Source of the DNA: Diploschistes diacapsis
Taxonomy: Eukaryota
Length of the DNA: 34,046 bases
Direction of reading: 5' to 3'
Assembly: GCA_023645945.1 (NCBI GenBank)
Contig: JALAIB010000088.1
Coordinates: 1-34,046 of the forward strand
Shown: positions 29,496 to 34,046 of the stretch, piece by piece
Layout: every line of letters starts with the position of its first letter
Numbering within the stretch: position 1 is the stretch's first letter
The notes under the pieces: generated by a model
What the model was told of the DNA's origin: nothing
What the model saw: only the letters and a program-made list of their open reading frames with translations
Databases searched by the model: none
Translations under genes and position numbers: made by a program

Positions 29496-32400
29496 TTGCC
29501 AGCTGCACGTAGCAGTAGCTATGTGGAGACCAGCAAGGACAAGCGAAAGTGTAAACGTGGTAGACTTCGATGTTGGTAGCGGATTCTTGAGCAGAGTAGG
29601 GATGGGGTAGACAGTACAGTACAAAATCAGAAAACACAGTCAATCACCCAGGCGAACAGAATAAAAAAGGCTTACAGTACAGTACATACGGCTTACGAGG
29701 AGCTCGACGGCTCGAGTTAGCTCGAGTGTTAGCATGACTTCGATATGCCCTTCTAGCCATTCTAGTGGTGAACAGGCTGCAGATAGGTTCCAGGTACTGG
29801 AATCCCACAAAGAGCGAGAATATCATAGCGCAGTCTAACTGTTTATTGCCTTGTTCTCTTTCTGCTGCCCAACTACAGAGGTACAACCCCGTATTGGCGG
29901 CGACCGCTAGACAGCTGCGGGCTGTGCACCAGCCCGTTCCCCGTTCTACTTCACAGACTCTTTCCTCCTCTGCTGAGACCTCACTAGCCCTTGAACAAAC
30001 AACAACAGCTGCCCTGAGACACGGACCTTGATGTCTTCAGCCAACGAACCGGCTCGGCATGACATATTTTAGCAACTCTGTTGTGCGTCATCCCCTAAGC
30101 GGCCATGGCAGCCGCAACTAGTCTATTCTTCGCCTATTTTGGATTTTTCCTCCATTTGCTGCCCTTGGAGGCTCGTAATTGTCGTGGCACCGCCAGCTCG
30201 ATCAAGATTCAATCAAGGTCCCAGGCTGCAGGCAAGAGCCGGAGAAAGCCCAGCCGACAGAATACGCAGCTGCTGTAGCACCGCACCCACATCAAGTTGG
30301 CAAGAGAAGCATGGCAGAAAAGGCACATGGGCGCGCCAATTGGCCCATGCCATGTGCCCTCTGCACTCGGATAGTATGCGCTTCCAATTATAAACCCCAC
30401 GCTGTCGGTCGATATTGGAAATGCCTGATAGCGCACAGCAGGTGCTAGCGACGATGCAGAAGAGTACGAGATGTAATGCCAGCGAGCAATGGCACCTGCG
30501 GCAGCTATCCTCCGAAGTGGTGGAAACGGGAGTCGCAGTTGTAGTTGTAGTGGTCACGACTCAAGAGGTCCTACCTTACTGGACAGAAAGACTAGCGCGT
30601 GCTTGGAAGAAGAGCAGAAAAAGCGAAGAAGCACCGTACAATAATGGGGGGAGGAGAACTGGGAGCTTGTTTCGCGTACAAATATAGAAACAACGCTAGA
30701 CTTAAAATAGTGTAAGCCGTAGAGGGCCCACACTTCCAAGCGAGAGTTCGAGAGTTCGAGTTGTTGTTGTTCAACGGGACACCGACCACGGAAATGTCAA
30801 AGAATGCTCTGCACACAGCAACCCAATGACGCAGCGTGATAGCTCTATGCGGATTCCAACTGCGAAGCGACACTGCTAAAGCATCCATCGAACGCCATCA
30901 ATATTGGATGCTCAACCACCTGATCACGCCGAGCACAACCCCACATTCAAGTCGTTTCAATGAACTTGAGGTCTCTCCCCCACGGAACGCTAGAGCACTA
31001 CATCTGTAGTAGGATGTTCGTGTTGGGAATAAAAGGGCTTGCAGAAACTCTCAAGGAATTGCCGCAAGCCACTACACCAGTCTGGCGTGATCAAGCACTG
31101 AAGAGTGATGTCGACGGAAACAGCGTCGAAGAAAGTAACTGCCCGAAAACCACCACGTGTACTAGAAATTGCTAATCGATAAAGCCACAGGATCTGCGCA
31201 GATAGAAGATAGCTAAGCGTTCCCCTCCAGCTCTACTTTCTGCAGACCACGAATCCCTTGAGCATCGCACAAAAACTTAAGCCGTGGATTTGGAGGCTCC
31301 TTGGAGCTGCCAAGCTACACACTTAGCGTTGTACATCCCCAACAGAAAGTATCGAGCAGTTGGGGTTCAATGGGCGTGCGTCTTGGCTTCGAGCCTGCCT
31401 TGAACTTGACGCTTCTTGCATCACTTCGCAGCTTTTGTTTATGCTTTATGGCTCGGTGGTCATTCGCACCTATCATGCCGATTTCAGATCTGGACTAGTA
31501 GACGGTATCGCGACTAGATGAGTGGACAACAGGTGCATATTCCCTTGATGCGAGCTCCAAGGCGCAATTGTTCTACCAAGAAGAAGCGCAAAGGAAGACT
31601 CCAAATTTCTGGAAAACATGATCAAATACCCACCTATTTCGATTCTATGAATCCTGTTGCCCTTGGTACCGTCACTGTCTTGGCATCTACATGGATGCAA
31701 GAGCCTCAGAACACTTGCAGTGTGAAACCAGCCTTAGCTAATGTCAATGGAAAGCTCTCAGGCTTCGACGTTTCGTGCCATGGTAGTTATCGACCTATGG
31801 ATCAACGATGATGCAATGAGATGCATCTTGAGATCATTGCTCCCTTGGAAGTACCGGCCTCACCCACGGGCCGCGCGGTATCGTTCCGACTCCTATCGGT
31901 TCTGCTGGATGATGAAGTCTTTCTCTTCTAGAAGCGCTGATAAATGATTTAATGGTGAGTTGCAGGCCAATTTCCCAAAGATATAAGTCTTTCCCAGAGG
32001 TCGAGACCCGTGCGTCTTTCAGGTAGACATGCTATATGTCTACATGATTCTGGGTGAAACTGCTAGAGTCAGCTTTCATGCGGAAAAGGTTGTTGTGGTT
32101 CTGTTTCAATAAAAGGTCATTCCTATCAGTTCAACGGTCTCCTTGGCAGTGATTGGATCTCTTGAACTAGACGGCTGTGGTTGGGCAAGACTTGAACCTG
32201 TCTTGGCCGAAGAGGTTGGGGGCCGAAAGTGCCATGATCCAATGGCATCACCGTTCGAATAGAGAACTTTCCCACCAAAACTGGTAACCAGAACGTACCT
32301 TGTATTGCCGGATTAGTCGAGGAATGTTGACGTCCTTGCATCACTCTGCTGCGTCGATATGCACGACACCCGACTGTGTGCCACATGAGACGGCAGCGTC

Positions 32401-33262
32401 CGCGGCAATAGAACTGTAGAGGGTACGAGCCAGCCTCTGAGCTGGCGTGTGTGCGAAGATCTTTTGATATTCGTTCTACCGAGTCTTGCTCCACAAAGCC
32501 TCGGTGATGCCGCAAAGAGGCTCAAAGCAAATGGAGCTGTCTGTCGGACGCCGCGCTGTCGAATGTACATAGCAATCCCTGATTAGCGGCAACATCTGAA
32601 CACGGTGAGCAGAATTGTAGCTGTTCCTTCTCACTGTATCCTGGTATAGAACGGTGTTGGTGTGAAGCTGACGATATGTAGATTTCAGCTGTGCTGAATA
32701 ATGGTGGTGCTTTTGTGGAGAGCGTAAGCGAGCCAATGATGGCAGCTCAGTTGTTCCATACAGCTTGGATGTATATGTACATGGAGTGCTCCCCGAGGTG
32801 AGTTGGCAATCATTTGTCAATCAGTAGCTATTAAAAACTACCATGCTCTCGTATACAACAACTATACATCCCTGGCAAGTTGACAACGGACATTTGTCCG
32901 GCAGCAAATAGCCCCAAAAGCCTTCTCAGCTCCCTTGAATGGGCGACGTCAGGATCCGAGGAGCTAAAGAAAGCTAATGTGACGAATCACTTGTAGGAAA
33001 GTCCGTGCCTGTCAGTGATATGCTTAGCTGTGGCCGTGCTATAACGGGACTCTGGATAATACCTTCAGCTCGTTTCATACGGAGTCGAGCGTACTTCGTA
33101 GCAAGCCTTGAGGTAGTTCTACTACTGAAGGCGCAGACAGGTTCACACGAGAGCCTATCGCCGCTTTCAGTTGCTGTTGCTTGAGCGCCAAACGGGCATT
33201 ACGTCGGTGCTCGAGATTTCGAGATCGGATTTTCGGAGCTTCCCAATCGCAACCATAAAATC

Positions 33263-34046
33263 ATGTCCGCTGGCTGGAATACTATAGAGTCTGATGCTGT
33301 ATGTTTCGAGTCGTCTCAACCTCGGCCACCACGTCGCCAAGTGAACTAACGTTTCTCTCAGGGCGTCTTCACGTACCTCATCGACAACCTCGGTGTCAAA
33401 GATGTTCAGTTCGAGGAACTTGTCTCGCTGGATGCGGGCGATCTGAAACAGCTAAGGTGCGCTTTCTGGCGCTCAACCCTGAGACTTTTGAGAGCTCTAG
33501 GTTTTGGCCGAAGACCACTGGCTGATAACCAGCAGCCCTGTTTATGGCGTGATATTCCTTTTCAAATATCCGACTCAAGAGACGCAGACAGAGCAACCCA
33601 AAGACGGCACCTATGACTACGAAGCAGCGGAGAGCCTCTTCTTCGCCAACCAAGTCATCCAAAATGCCTGCGGCACCCAAGCCCTCCTCTCCGTCCTCCT
33701 CAACAAAGAAAATGAAGTCGAGATCGGCCCCAAGCTGAAAGAGTTCAAGGAATTCACAATCGCATTTCCAGCCGATGTACGCTAGCCCTTCCCAAGTCCC
33801 CTCCTCTCCTCCCATCTCCATCCCTCTATACCTCTTGCGAGCAACACAATTCCAGCCAGCCACCCTCACCCCTCACCCTCACACCAACCCCCCACTAACA
33901 CCCCTACACAGCTCCGCGGCGAAGCCCTCTCCAACTCGGAACTGATCCGCACAACCCACAACTCCTTCTCGCGCTCCTCTCCCTTTGTCGACGAAACCAC
34001 CTCCCACCCCGCCGCTCAGGACCCAGACGTCTACCACTTCATCGCC
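33263..34046 (+). CDS. UCH37: Ubiquitin C-terminal hydrolase UCH37/UCHL5 family (peptidase C12), 5' partial, runs off the window end
   Basis: Exons 33263-33298, 33362-33456, 33536-33776, 33912-34046+. MSAGWNTIESDAGVFTYLIDNLGVKDVQFEEL, PVYGVIFLFKY, catalytic FFANQVIQNACGTQA, LRGEALSNSELIR..HNSF and catalytic His in DVYHFIA. Confidence 0.95.

Noticed and set aside
28955..29643. ORFs with LTLTLTLT or HSRSHSHS repeats and hydrophobic stretches
   Set aside because: By-products of the hexamer repeat and CT-rich promoter DNA; no credible start.
32849..32855. TCGTATA sterol-response-element match (also 12518-12524) as Upc2-like autoregulation
   Set aside because: Single 7-mers expected several times by chance in 34 kb; the nearest is over 4 kb from the factor's start.

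Overview
Gene-dense eukaryotic DNA from a filamentous ascomycete (Pezizomycotina-like; short 46-75 nt introns, mostly with CTRAY-type branch points). I reconstructed ten intron-aware gene models by hand, all phase-consistent. Minus strand: importin beta-1 (KAP95), APC/C subunit Apc4 and coatomer delta (RET2). Plus strand: an acidic DUF2420/Rmr1-like protein, a NIPA/DUF803 Mg2+ transporter, a Sac-domain phosphoinositide phosphatase with an hSac2-type tail, a Ptc6-like PP2C and transportin (KAP104). These are followed by a minus-strand Upc2/Ecm22-like Zn2Cys6 transcription factor flanked by long microsatellite-rich non-coding DNA, and the 5' part of UCH37. I found no mobile element, tRNA, rRNA or CRISPR array, and cannot support a new multi-gene system. 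The best leads are: the uncharacterised acidic protein with a six-fold repeated IDF motif, MCB-like boxes and two stop-free 51-nt introns; the regulatory design of the Zn2Cys6 gene (minimal uORFs, an AUG-free leader, a stop-generating alternative donor, two possible C-termini); and several splicing oddities (a GC-AG intron, a GAG acceptor, five NAGNAG acceptors).
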